Source of the DNA: Candidatus Micrarchaeota archaeon
Lineage (GTDB): Archaea; Micrarchaeota; Micrarchaeia; Anstonellales; Bilamarchaeaceae
DNA length: 57,350 bases
Assembly (NCBI GenBank): GCA_040757035.1
Contig: JBFLYM010000004.1
Coordinates: 1-57,350 of the forward strand
Direction: 5' to 3'
The notes below the pieces were generated by a model, which was given only the letters and a program-made list of their open reading frames with translations, was not told the origin of the DNA and made no database searches. Shown piece after piece: positions 16,960 through 27,200 of this stretch. The translations under genes were made by a program, and so were the position numbers. Each line of letters starts with the position of its first letter. The stretch's first letter is position 1.

Positions 16960-18201
16960 ATGCGCTGTGCCATTATTATATTTTCATTACTGTTTTTTAC
17001 ACAATCAAGTTTTGCAGTAGAACCTTATTATACTATTGTTCCAATAGGTGGGCTGCTGGCTGTTTTTATCATCGCAATTTTTTACATGGCATCGCAATTC
17101 CTTCAAAACCCCCAACTTGAAGCGTGGACTAAAAATGAATTGAAAGAATTAATGATCGCAGGAATAACCATAAGTATTGTTTATGTCGCAATGAGCGTAT
17201 CTACAGGAGAACTATTAGGCACTATAACAGGTTATGCCGATAAAAGCGATTTGATTTCAGGAATAGAAACAAAATTCAATGAATTTGAAAACGCGCTTCT
17301 AAACGATTATAATCATTTGATAAAGGCTTCAAACAGATTCGGAATGCTGAGTTCCTACACATATTCGCAAAGCGCAGGGTTTATAATAATGTTTGGAAAA
17401 ACCGATGCTCCTCTTCTTGGTGCTGGCGGAATGATGCAGTCTCTTTCAATACTCGCGTCAAGCGCATCAAACGGAATTTTAATTTATGAAGCAATGAAAA
17501 TATTTCTAAAATTTTTCTTTGACACCTCAATCAATTATCTTCTTCCGATCGCGTTTGTTTTTCGCATGCTGCCGTTTACAAGAAAAATAGGTGGAACGCT
17601 TATAGCGCTGGCGCTCGCTGGCGTTTTTATTTTTCCGTTTTCAATGGTGCTTGCTGCAACAGTGCACGACAGTGTCGGAGTTACGCATTCGCAAATGACG
17701 TCCCCGGACTTTGAAAAAATAACTCTTAAACTTGATAATCGAATAACAGAGATGTGTACAGATTCCACATTAAGGCTTTTGGTTTCACTTAGCGAATATG
17801 GTTGGTGGGCGATGATATGTCCTATATATTGTTCAATATTCGCCGCAGCCTGCGGACCTGGCGCACCTGCTTGTTTTGCAGCATGTATACCACCCACACC
17901 TGGTGGAATTTGTTTTAGCAGTTATGTTTATCCATTGTATAACTATATACAAACCGCATACTCAATCGCGAGTTCAATAGCGTTAGTCACATCTGCGCGC
18001 AATGTTGTTCCGAATGTGGAAAGTAGCGGAGTGATATTCGACATATTGACGAATAAACTTATTGTTCCGGTAAGCGTTGCGGCATCTCTCCCGCTCATGG
18101 AAGTGGTACTTGTTGGCGCGCTTACAGTTGTTGGCGCAAGAAGTCTTTCATCAGCATTGGGAGGAGATATAGCGATAAGCGGATTAGAACGACTGATCTA
18201 G
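16960..18201 (+). CDS. Polytopic membrane protein, novel paralog family member P1
   Basis: The signal-like start is MRCAIIIFSLLFFTQSSFA (the track opens at 16906). The family motifs are LQNPQLEAWTKNELKEL, FRMLPFTRKIGGTLIALALAGVFIFP and the C-terminal GGDIAISGLERLI. Confidence 0.7.
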   Translation: MRCAIIIFSLLFFTQSSFAVEPYYTIVPIGGLLAVFIIAIFYMASQFLQNPQLEAWTKNELKELMIAGITISIVYVAMSVSTGELLGTITGYADKSDLISGIETKFNEFENALLNDYNHLIKASNRFGMLSSYTYSQSAGFIIMFGKTDAPLLGAGGMMQSLSILASSASNGILIYEAMKIFLKFFFDTSINYLLPIAFVFRMLPFTRKIGGTLIALALAGVFIFPFSMVLAATVHDSVGVTHSQMTSPDFEKITLKLDNRITEMCTDSTLRLLVSLSEYGWWAMICPIYCSIFAAACGPGAPACFAACIPPTPGGICFSSYVYPLYNYIQTAYSIASSIALVTSARNVVPNVESSGVIFDILTNKLIVPVSVAASLPLMEVVLVGALTVVGARSLSSALGGDIAISGLERLI

Positions 18202-18258
18202 AAGGAGGGTCAAGATGATATCAAAATACAAAACAAATTATGAATAAAGAGAGATTTT

Positions 18259-19275
18259 ATGAGAAACGCGTATTTGGATTTATTTTTTATCTTTCTTCTT
18301 TTTTCTGCGAGCAATGCTGTTAGTATAGGTAATTGCGCTGCGGCAACATTTGATAGTTATATTGAAATAATGAAAGGACCGCTCGGCGTATTGATGTTTA
18401 GTATTGTATTGGCTTTAGCGCTAATTTATATGATCGCAAACGCATTTCACAGACCAGAGTACATTGTACTAGTGAAGGACGAATCTTTTCATCTTCTTAT
18501 TTCTGTTATGCTGCTTGTTTTTTTCGGGCTTGGAATGGAAATAGGGTGCGGCGTGGTCGGAAGCGCGTTTGATTTCGCATACAAAAACATCAGCAAAGCC
18601 GGCGATCCTTGTTATCTTCCTGAAGAATCAGTACAAAAGATTGCTGTGTGTTCAATGCAGATGATGGAAAACGACGCAAATGAACTTATAAACGCATATA
18701 CCAAAAAGAATATCGATCTTCAGGTGGAGGCATCGGCATATATAAGTTATTTTGGGATTACAGGTGGTGCTACATTCGGACCTGACGCATATTTGCGTGC
18801 GCACGCAATATTTATTGACAATGTAAAGAATATGTTTACCCTGCCTGCATATTTGAGCATACGCGCACAAAATATAATTATGCAATTTTTCCTTGGAACC
18901 GGGACATATACCGGAGCAATTATTCAATATCTCATTCCGGTGGCATTTTTGATGCGGTTTATTCCTTTCTTCAGGCAAATAGGTAATATAATGATTGGAC
19001 TCGCTGTTGCGATATTTATCATTGTGCCGGTTTTTATAGCGCTTAACGGAATAATGTATTTGTATATATTTACTCCAGAGCAATGTTCACAATATTCCGA
19101 TTTGGTATACGACAATGTGTTTGAATTGAGTGGCGCTAGTGGATGCAATTCGAGCATCAATATACTCAAGGTTGCAAGACTTTATCCACAGGCGTTTTTA
19201 CTTCCGAATCTTACCATAGTAATTTTTATTACGTTTGTTAATTCATTAAATAAAGCGCTCAAAGTATTAGGATGA
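18259..19275 (+). CDS. Polytopic membrane protein, novel paralog family member P2
   Basis: It shares the core motif MRFIPFFRQIGNIMIGLAVAIFIIVP. Its C-terminal tail is divergent (NKALKVLG). It has an ATGA overlap with P3. Confidence 0.7.
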   Translation: MRNAYLDLFFIFLLFSASNAVSIGNCAAATFDSYIEIMKGPLGVLMFSIVLALALIYMIANAFHRPEYIVLVKDESFHLLISVMLLVFFGLGMEIGCGVVGSAFDFAYKNISKAGDPCYLPEESVQKIAVCSMQMMENDANELINAYTKKNIDLQVEASAYISYFGITGGATFGPDAYLRAHAIFIDNVKNMFTLPAYLSIRAQNIIMQFFLGTGTYTGAIIQYLIPVAFLMRFIPFFRQIGNIMIGLAVAIFIIVPVFIALNGIMYLYIFTPEQCSQYSDLVYDNVFELSGASGCNSSINILKVARLYPQAFLLPNLTIVIFITFVNSLNKALKVLG

Positions 19276-21122
19276 AAAGGATGAATGAAAACATAGGTAA
19301 TATGAAAAAAATAGCCTCTATAATCTTCATAATCGTTATAATGTTTTCATCATTTATAAATTTTGTAAACGCAGCGAATGTAAGCGAGTTGATAAACCAA
19401 ACGGTTGAGGGCGAGGGAGGAATAAGCGGTTCATCTAATTTATACAGTACTGGACTGTTTAAAGATTGGCAGATACTTTCAGTACTCTGTGCACTGATAT
19501 CCCTTTTTATTGTTGCAATCGCACATATGGTTGCGCAGCCGTTCAACCTTCCTGATCTTAAGGCATGGGCAAATTTGGAATGGGGTCAGGTATTTGTCAC
19601 AGTAATTATAGTTGGATGTACAATAACTGCACTAGAATTCGTGGATATAATTATAATGGAGCAGGTAAACAATTCGCCTGCCAGTCCTGTTAAGTGTTCT
19701 GCCAGTGATTTCTGCCTTTTCAATGTTTCCAATACATATTTGGATGGACTTATCGAATTGACCAATAGCAGTATGCGAAATACTTTCATAGAAAGCGTGA
19801 AAGCCGGAAAGGCCTCAATATCCCGAGTTATGCTTTCATGCACTACCTTTCTATATCCTCCATGCTTGTGGGGATACACCGGATGGGCAAACAATGCATT
19901 TTTGAGTCTTGATGTAGACAGATACACTCAAGAAATAGAGCAATATAATTCAGTTTTATATAGTCTGACAATACAGAAATTTTTCGTAAGTAATGTAAAT
20001 TACAACGTTGGTCCAGCATTACTTTTGATAGGAATAGTTGCGCGCAGTTTTTTCATCACACGAAAGGCGGGTGGCTTGTTAATGGCAACAGCAATCGGCA
20101 TAATGTTTGTTTTCCCCATGATGTATCTCTGGAACATGATAACACTTAATGTTGCTGTTTTTGGAGATGATTTGTTCCAAGGTCTTAATTCTGATTGTCC
20201 CGAAGCATGCACTTACACACCACCAGTAGCATATAAAGATGGAAACGCGCTAACCTATGGTGACTTCTATGTTTTGATTGGAATGAACGACAGTCTTGCT
20301 GAAGAATTCAAAAAAGGAACAATTGAATCGTATAACGATGTGTATTCCTGCGAGTTTTCAGCGCTTGAGACAAATACAACAGAGGGAATTTACTGCCCAA
20401 GATTATGCAGAGAGCTCCCCTATCCATATGTATTTCAAGATTGTTCTGACCCACGCGCAGAACTTGCCTGCACTCGCTTGCCAATTGCATGCAAATTAAT
20501 ACGCAATATAACAACATGCCCTCCCGACGAACTCAGAAATTGCTCTGATGAATGCAGGGTAATACCTCCGCTCAATGGCGGCAGAGACTGCGAAACCTGT
20601 TTTATAAATGCGAGCAATAAAACTCCGAACGCGATTCCATTTAGCTGTAGAATAGCATTAAGAACAAACATCGCCGATGTTAATGATACTTCAGGAAGAC
20701 CGAGCCAATGCGTTTTAGATTCCAGCCCCTACAAACAGGCAACTCTTAATTGCAAAGCGAGTTTAGATCCGTATCAAAGCTGCATGTATATAATGCCTGA
20801 TTTTCCTGACGATAGGTGCCAGGGATGCCTTAATGTTACAAATGATTATTGTTTGTTCAAGCCGCCAATAGTCAACGATTGCGGAAGCGAATGCACAGAA
20901 GAATCGATATTAAAACCAACATTGCTCAATCCAGCAGAATTTGCGAAAAAATCTGGTGACGGCATGTTCGGGCGTGAAGATATAAAAAATGTAAGCAGGC
21001 TTGTATTTCCAGCTTATTTCCTACCGCTCATAAACATAATTGTTACGTTGATGTTTATACGCGGATTTTCTCCAATATTCGGAGGCGATATTGATATACC
21101 AGGTTATCTAAAGGTTTTATAG
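19272..21122 (+). CDS. Polytopic membrane protein, paralog P3, with a Cys-rich extracytoplasmic insertion
   Basis: The core motif is ARSFFITRKAGGLLMATAIGIMFVFP and the tail is GGDIDIPGYLKVL. About 300 aa of Cys-rich sequence lies between them (CPEACTY...CPRLCRE...CSDECRV...CETC...). Confidence 0.7.
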   Translation: MKRMNENIGNMKKIASIIFIIVIMFSSFINFVNAANVSELINQTVEGEGGISGSSNLYSTGLFKDWQILSVLCALISLFIVAIAHMVAQPFNLPDLKAWANLEWGQVFVTVIIVGCTITALEFVDIIIMEQVNNSPASPVKCSASDFCLFNVSNTYLDGLIELTNSSMRNTFIESVKAGKASISRVMLSCTTFLYPPCLWGYTGWANNAFLSLDVDRYTQEIEQYNSVLYSLTIQKFFVSNVNYNVGPALLLIGIVARSFFITRKAGGLLMATAIGIMFVFPMMYLWNMITLNVAVFGDDLFQGLNSDCPEACTYTPPVAYKDGNALTYGDFYVLIGMNDSLAEEFKKGTIESYNDVYSCEFSALETNTTEGIYCPRLCRELPYPYVFQDCSDPRAELACTRLPIACKLIRNITTCPPDELRNCSDECRVIPPLNGGRDCETCFINASNKTPNAIPFSCRIALRTNIADVNDTSGRPSQCVLDSSPYKQATLNCKASLDPYQSCMYIMPDFPDDRCQGCLNVTNDYCLFKPPIVNDCGSECTEESILKPTLLNPAEFAKKSGDGMFGREDIKNVSRLVFPAYFLPLINIIVTLMFIRGFSPIFGGDIDIPGYLKVL

Positions 21123-21140
21123 ATTTTACAGGTTTTATAA

Positions 21141-22073
21141 ATGAAAAAATTCATGCTGTTCATGATTTTGTTCGCGTTTTCATTTTCTTTTGCGAGCGGT
21201 TGGCAGGAGCTCAGCGTAATAGCGATTACAATTTCAATAATGATATTGGGACTTATTTTTGCGGCAGGGCATATTATAGACTCAAATGAAATGAAATTCC
21301 TTGCAAAAGATGAACTTGTTCAGATTGTTGCAACAGCGCTTATGCTCGCATCGATCGCTGCATTTGCTACATTTTTATCCTCTATTTCTGCAGATGCATC
21401 TTTATCTATTGACAACAGTCTGCAAACTATTAGCTCAATGAACAATATTTTAGGTGGCGCTGCAGAAACTGTTGGAAAAGAAGGAAGCAGATCAATATGG
21501 TGCAGTTTTTCTGCAGTAAGCTTTGGAACTTCTGCATGCACAGGATATAGGATGTTGTCCCCTTCGCTTTCAATAGGTTTCCAACTTACAGGAACTGCGC
21601 TTGCCGAGCTTAATGCATTCAAATTTCTTATGGACAGTTCAAATACATGGATAATAAATCTCTTTTTACCGTTGGGAATTTTTCTGCGCACATTTAAATA
21701 CACAAGAGGTGCAGGAAGTCTTTTTATGGCAACCGCTGTTGCGTTTTGTTTTGTACTTCCGATCACATATACGGTAATTCAGGATAGTATAGAAAGTTTT
21801 CGCGCTGCAAATCCAAATTTTGGAGCCATGCCTTCATTTTCCATTAGTTCATGCAATGAATATGCAATAGACGACTCGCAAAATGAACAAAACGCCATCA
21901 ATGCATTTAATGGAGCAATAGCATCAGCGTTTCCACAATTATTATTCGCTTTCCTGATAGACGCAAATTTGACTATAATTGTTTCGCTTGCAGTTACAAT
22001 AAGTTCAATAAGATTCCTGATGGGCATTGCTGGAGCTGAAATAGATGTGCAATCGCTTGGAAGGTTGATATAG
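21141..22073 (+). CDS. Polytopic membrane protein, paralog P4
   Basis: The core motif is FLRTFKYTRGAGSLFMATAVAFCFVLP and the tail is GAEIDVQSLGRLI. Confidence 0.7.
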   Translation: MKKFMLFMILFAFSFSFASGWQELSVIAITISIMILGLIFAAGHIIDSNEMKFLAKDELVQIVATALMLASIAAFATFLSSISADASLSIDNSLQTISSMNNILGGAAETVGKEGSRSIWCSFSAVSFGTSACTGYRMLSPSLSIGFQLTGTALAELNAFKFLMDSSNTWIINLFLPLGIFLRTFKYTRGAGSLFMATAVAFCFVLPITYTVIQDSIESFRAANPNFGAMPSFSISSCNEYAIDDSQNEQNAINAFNGAIASAFPQLLFAFLIDANLTIIVSLAVTISSIRFLMGIAGAEIDVQSLGRLI

Positions 22074-22137
22074 AAAATGGATATAAAGGGTTGGCATAAA
22101 AAATTGATATTAAAAGTTGGCATAAAGGGTGACATAA

Positions 22138-23136
22138 ATGGATGTTTCGTTATTTTGCAGTGACACACTTCCAAACTTTCTCACAACTGAAATATTGCCA
22201 ATTACAATGATTGCCGCTGTTCTTTTTTCCATGATTATTGGAATAACTTTTGCATTGTCTCAAGCAACAAGCAATCCAAAGCTTTCTGTCTGGTCAAAAA
22301 TAGAGATTATGCAGCTTATATTCTCCACAGCTTTTGTGTTAATTCTTTTGGAGATAATAGCTTCGTTTTGCACGTTTAGCACCAATGATATCGCAATGCT
22401 CACAGGTAGTTCTGCACCTACACCAGCACTACCTGTCTATGATGGGGCTGAAAAATATTTGGTTCAAAGCGCAGCGTATTCTAAAGTCGCAATGATCAAT
22501 GCACGCTATTATTTAGGTGTGATAAATGTTCAAGAAATGGTTTCAACCTGGAAATGTCCAGATTGGTGTTTTTTAACAGTCGGCGGTACAGGAGCTTCTG
22601 CTTCACCAAACGCCGGCAGTTCAATGTTTTCATCCGCGTTTATGCTGCTTCTTAATTCTTCGCTTATGTCATTCATGTCATCATTCATGCATATTTTCTT
22701 CCTTAAGTATATTCAATCAGGACTTTTCCTCTTTCTTTTTCCACTTGCCATAATAACGCGTTCGCTTCCGTATTTGCGAACATTTGGCGCTGTTATACTT
22801 GCGGTTATTTTCGCGTTTTATGTAATATACCCATCAATTCTTGCAGCGTTCTATGTCTCGCTTTCTGATTCTATGGTTCCGCCTGTTATGAAAAATGAGG
22901 ACGAACTTAAACAGAAAGATTTTGATTTTGGTGCGGCGTTGTGGGGAGATAACCCAGTTAAATTAAGCGTGTCCGCGAGCGATATTGGTGACGTTTCTAA
23001 TTCTGCTGCAAAGGCGTTCTTTTATTCGGTGTTTTTGCCTACTGTTGCATTACTCGCCACAGGCGCTGCAGCAACATATGTTTCGCGTCTTATGGGCGAA
23101 GATATTGATCTAAGTAGATTAACTCAAATGATATAA
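22138..23136 (+). CDS. Polytopic membrane protein, paralog P5
   Basis: The N-proximal motif is TSNPKLSVWSKIEIMQL, the core is ITRSLPYLRTFGAVILAVIFAFYVIYP, and the tail is GEDIDLSRLTQMI. Confidence 0.7.
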   Translation: MDVSLFCSDTLPNFLTTEILPITMIAAVLFSMIIGITFALSQATSNPKLSVWSKIEIMQLIFSTAFVLILLEIIASFCTFSTNDIAMLTGSSAPTPALPVYDGAEKYLVQSAAYSKVAMINARYYLGVINVQEMVSTWKCPDWCFLTVGGTGASASPNAGSSMFSSAFMLLLNSSLMSFMSSFMHIFFLKYIQSGLFLFLFPLAIITRSLPYLRTFGAVILAVIFAFYVIYPSILAAFYVSLSDSMVPPVMKNEDELKQKDFDFGAALWGDNPVKLSVSASDIGDVSNSAAKAFFYSVFLPTVALLATGAAATYVSRLMGEDIDLSRLTQMI

Positions 23137-23176
23137 ATAATATAAATATATCCAAACATAATCAAACATAATTGCG

Positions 23177-24253
23177 GTGTACATACATATGGTATATTAT
23201 CCGACCACATGGGAAGCAGGACCTGGTTGCGATGTTGGTCTATTCTGCGAATGGACAAGTAGCTGGGAACCCATAATCATGCTATCCATGATGACCATTT
23301 TCTTTATGTATGCAATAATATATATGTTGTCATATTTTCTTCAATCAGAAGAACTCAAAAGAAGCGCAAAAAGTCATCTTTTGGATGCTGTTTTTACCGC
23401 TGCGCTCGCGGTGTCAATAATTTTGATAATGCAACAGACGTTTACTTTTATACAGGATTATTTCAGAACGACTGGCGCGTCTGTTTATTGCGATTTATAT
23501 GGAAAAATCAGTTTGGATAATGGCGCAAGTCCGTTTGATCTTATGAAATGCAGACTGATTGAAAAAGCATCTGCTATTTCTGTGATATATGAACGCGTAT
23601 ATGCTGCATCAAGAGAACCGTTCAAAAAATTTAGTTTGATATGGGGTCTTGCGGGTCTTCCAATCTACTCACAAGGTGCGTATATGTTTCAATCAGGTAT
23701 TTCAGAATTATACCGGGAAATAGAAAGTTACCGACTTCTTGCGCATGTTTGCGTAAGCCTTCTCATCGCCATAAACGCGTATATTGGCGCAATAGATTAT
23801 GTTTCAATGAATATGCTCAGAATGTTTTTACCTATGGGAATAGTGCTCCGCGCAATACCGTTTACGCGAAACATAGGCGCGTTTTTTATTTCTGCCGCGA
23901 TAGGATTGTATATAATTTATCCTCTTCTTTTTGTTATTACAGATCAAACCTTTGTTTCAACTCCTGGTCCGTATGTTGATATTACCGATATGAGCGACAC
24001 TTCGCTTCCATGGCCGTCATTTAACGGCGCGGTGTCATTGCTTACCATTGGTCCGCAATCGTACACATCATCGCAAATTTTCAGTTCTATGGATATAAAG
24101 CAGGGATCAGCCGAACTCGCAAATCTTTATTACGGACTTATACTTCAACCAATAGTAATTTTAAGCATAACGCTTATTTTTATACGCTATCTAACATCAT
24201 TGTTCGGTGGTGAAGCACAGGAATTGTTTAGATTGGCCAGTAAGGTTGTTTAG
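23177..24253 (+). CDS. Polytopic membrane protein, paralog P6
   Basis: The core motif is LRAIPFTRNIGAFFISAAIGLYIIYP and the tail is GGEAQELFRLASKVV. The start is GTG 23177 or ATG 23189. Confidence 0.7.
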   Translation: MYIHMVYYPTTWEAGPGCDVGLFCEWTSSWEPIIMLSMMTIFFMYAIIYMLSYFLQSEELKRSAKSHLLDAVFTAALAVSIILIMQQTFTFIQDYFRTTGASVYCDLYGKISLDNGASPFDLMKCRLIEKASAISVIYERVYAASREPFKKFSLIWGLAGLPIYSQGAYMFQSGISELYREIESYRLLAHVCVSLLIAINAYIGAIDYVSMNMLRMFLPMGIVLRAIPFTRNIGAFFISAAIGLYIIYPLLFVITDQTFVSTPGPYVDITDMSDTSLPWPSFNGAVSLLTIGPQSYTSSQIFSSMDIKQGSAELANLYYGLILQPIVILSITLIFIRYLTSLFGGEAQELFRLASKVV

Positions 24254-24255
24254 CC

Positions 24256-27200
24256 ATGAATAATATGAAAGATATAGAGAATATGAACAATATAAAGAAT
24301 ATGAAAAATACAAACAATACAATTATGAATATGAAAAGTTCGGTTTTTGTCTGCTTGTTTGTGCTATTGTTTATTTTATCTGGATGTTATGCCCCAAATA
24401 TGCAAGGTCCGTGCTGCACAATAAACACAAGCAACCCAAACACTGTAAAGTGTATGCTCACGAATCCTGTAGATCCAACTACTAGCATTGCTCCGTCACC
24501 AGAAATGTGCAATGGTTCAATAGTAAGTAACGGTCTTATGTGCAATACAGATTGGTGCGCGACAGCAGAACCATCACAAAACGAGACAATTTATGTAAAA
24601 TATGATATAAATGGGCGCCACGTTCTTAACTGTACTGGTGTTTCGCTGAGTAATAAGAGCGAACCATGCAACAATATTGGATATTGCCACATTATATTTA
24701 CAAACATCACCAATAACAACAATACCTATGCGTTTTATCCGCAGTGCAGCAATAGGGCAGAGCTTGCTTTTGATACCAATTGTAAAACCATGCTATGCGG
24801 AAACATACAATATTCACCAAAGCAGTCTCTTCTTCCTGAATATGGAAAAAACATGACGTATCAAAATCTAAAAACCACAGCAACCCAAATGCTCTATGCT
24901 GCTACATGTAATTTTTATACTCTTGATGCTCCAACAATGAAAAAACTAAAAAGGGCAAAGGATGTTTTTGTTAATACATTTAGAATAGGCTTTGGAAATT
25001 CAATATCAGATTTTGAGGAAGCGCGTCTTTATTTTCCACTTAGCGATAAATTTTGCAGGACGGCGCAAGGAAAAGATAGATATATGAATTATCTTAATGT
25101 TAGTTTTACCGCAAGCGGTTACTTTGATTGGTGGCAGTATTATTCGCACGAAAAATGGAAAACCTGGCATGCTGATAATGTAACCGTTAATTCGTTTGAT
25201 CCATCCACAATTATAAATCGTTCTGTTGCACTTGGATGTAACACAAGCGTTCGTAATTTGAGTTCACATGAAACAATGAATTATAAGGAATTTCCGCCTG
25301 CTGCATCAAGCGGAAATTATTTTCTTAAAATATTTAATGAATCATATATTCCAGCAACGTATATAATGCCTGATACAGAAAGATATAAATACGAACTTTA
25401 TAGAAATTATTGGGATAAAATATACAAAACAAATCTAAATGATTCGGCTCCTACTCTTATACAAAATTTTTCGCATTTTGAATGCAATTCTTCATTTGAT
25501 TGCGTTTCTGGGTTATGCACAAAGCAGGATAGCGGGTATGAGCGCGGTTTTTGTACGCGCAGCGATGGCAACGTAACAAATTGCATGTGTTATGAAGTTG
25601 GTTCAAGATTGCGACCAGGAAATGAAGTGCGTTGTGAAGCGTTTGAAAATTCAAATACATTCAGACCATTAACTACCAATTTATGCGAAATTAGATATCA
25701 TGAAAAAAGTGGTTCATGTAAGAAGAAGTGCGAAGGTTTTCCACCAGAATGCACTCGGACCTGCAGCGGCTACAAACCTAAAACTGGGTGTAGTGGTTTT
25801 TTTTATGTGGGGGATACATGTACATATGACGAACCATACATGAATTGTACGGATATAATCAATGCACCGCAAATAGTTTTTTTCAATCAAACTATAGAAG
25901 GATATAAAGGTTATGCAAGAATGAACGAACCCGAGTTTCAGCGCTCAATGTTAGCGGCCAGTTGCGGACCATTTGTAAAAGGAACTGATTATAATGTTGC
26001 AAACTATTTGCCAGACTACAATATAGCGACGAATAAAGATCGTTGGGCGTGTGCAAACAGTGAATGGAGAACCAAAGGAGTATGTACTAAGACTTATAAA
26101 GAGTTAATATTATTTAAAACACTTGGTAAGTGCACAAAAGATGATCAAAAGCCAGAAGCGAATTTTCTGAATGTTAGCAATGTTTATGGATGGTGCGAAC
26201 CATGTACGCATGCGACTATGGTTTCTGTGAATTTGGATGATTATTATAAGGCATATAATGGTTATTATTTCGGATGTTATTCATCATACCCCGGCGGTGA
26301 AAGTTGCGGATGTGGAGCAGCAGTTGGCGGTCTTCCATGCGGCACAATGTCGAACTATATGGACAGCGTTGCGAATATTAGAACAAGAATAGATAATTAC
26401 TTAAAAACAGGAGTAATGCCTATAATTTGGTATATGAGCAATAGCAGCAATCTTGGCACAACCTGGACATATTCTGGAGGATATTATACAGTGTGTCATA
26501 GATGCAACAATGCACCAACCGATGCTGCTCGAACAACAATAATAAACACTCTAAAAAGTTATAATCCAATATATTCTGCTGATAGTACCAATAAATTTTT
26601 TGACAATTTCAATGCTTGGTGTTATTATAATGATTGGACATCGTGTTCGTGTCACAATAAACCATGCGAATGTAGTGGCCCTTACCAAGCAAAGCAACAA
26701 TCCAGTAATCCTTCTGGAGAGACATATATTGGAGAGAGAACAGAAAATAAAGAAGCACTATCTTTCAAATGTCATGCGTGTGATCACCATGCACATGATA
26801 CTTTTTGTAATTGGGGCATGGGTTATCATTTCCTCAAAAATGCAATAGGAAACAGTGCATCAATAGTAGTTATTGCATCGTCAGTTGATGGAAAAAACGC
26901 AACTACTATAGCTACGCGCGCGACACAACTTAAAACCGAAAATTGCCCAAATTGTTTGGCTGCGCTCTATGTGCCAAAAATGAACACAACACGACTGGAT
27001 GAAATTTTTGGCTGCACAGATCAGTATAATTGCAAAATAAGAGGCAATGACGCCTGGAAAAACATAGACATCATTCTTTATGATGATAGAATAAACGATT
27101 ATACTGGGATTGATAGAAATTTGGCGATATTGGAAGGTGTGGCAAACAAAAGCAGACAGCTTCTTTTGCGCTATTCAAAACCGAGTATTCCTTTAATTTC

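Noticed and set aside
17535-22174. Antisense or alternate-frame ORFs within the paralog array (17535-17897, 18652-19083, 18924-19169, 19259-19546, 19586-19927, 20000-20671, 21320-21766, 21779-22174)
   Set aside because: They overlap plus-strand genes that share family motifs and operon-style spacing. The overlapping frames show no conserved features.
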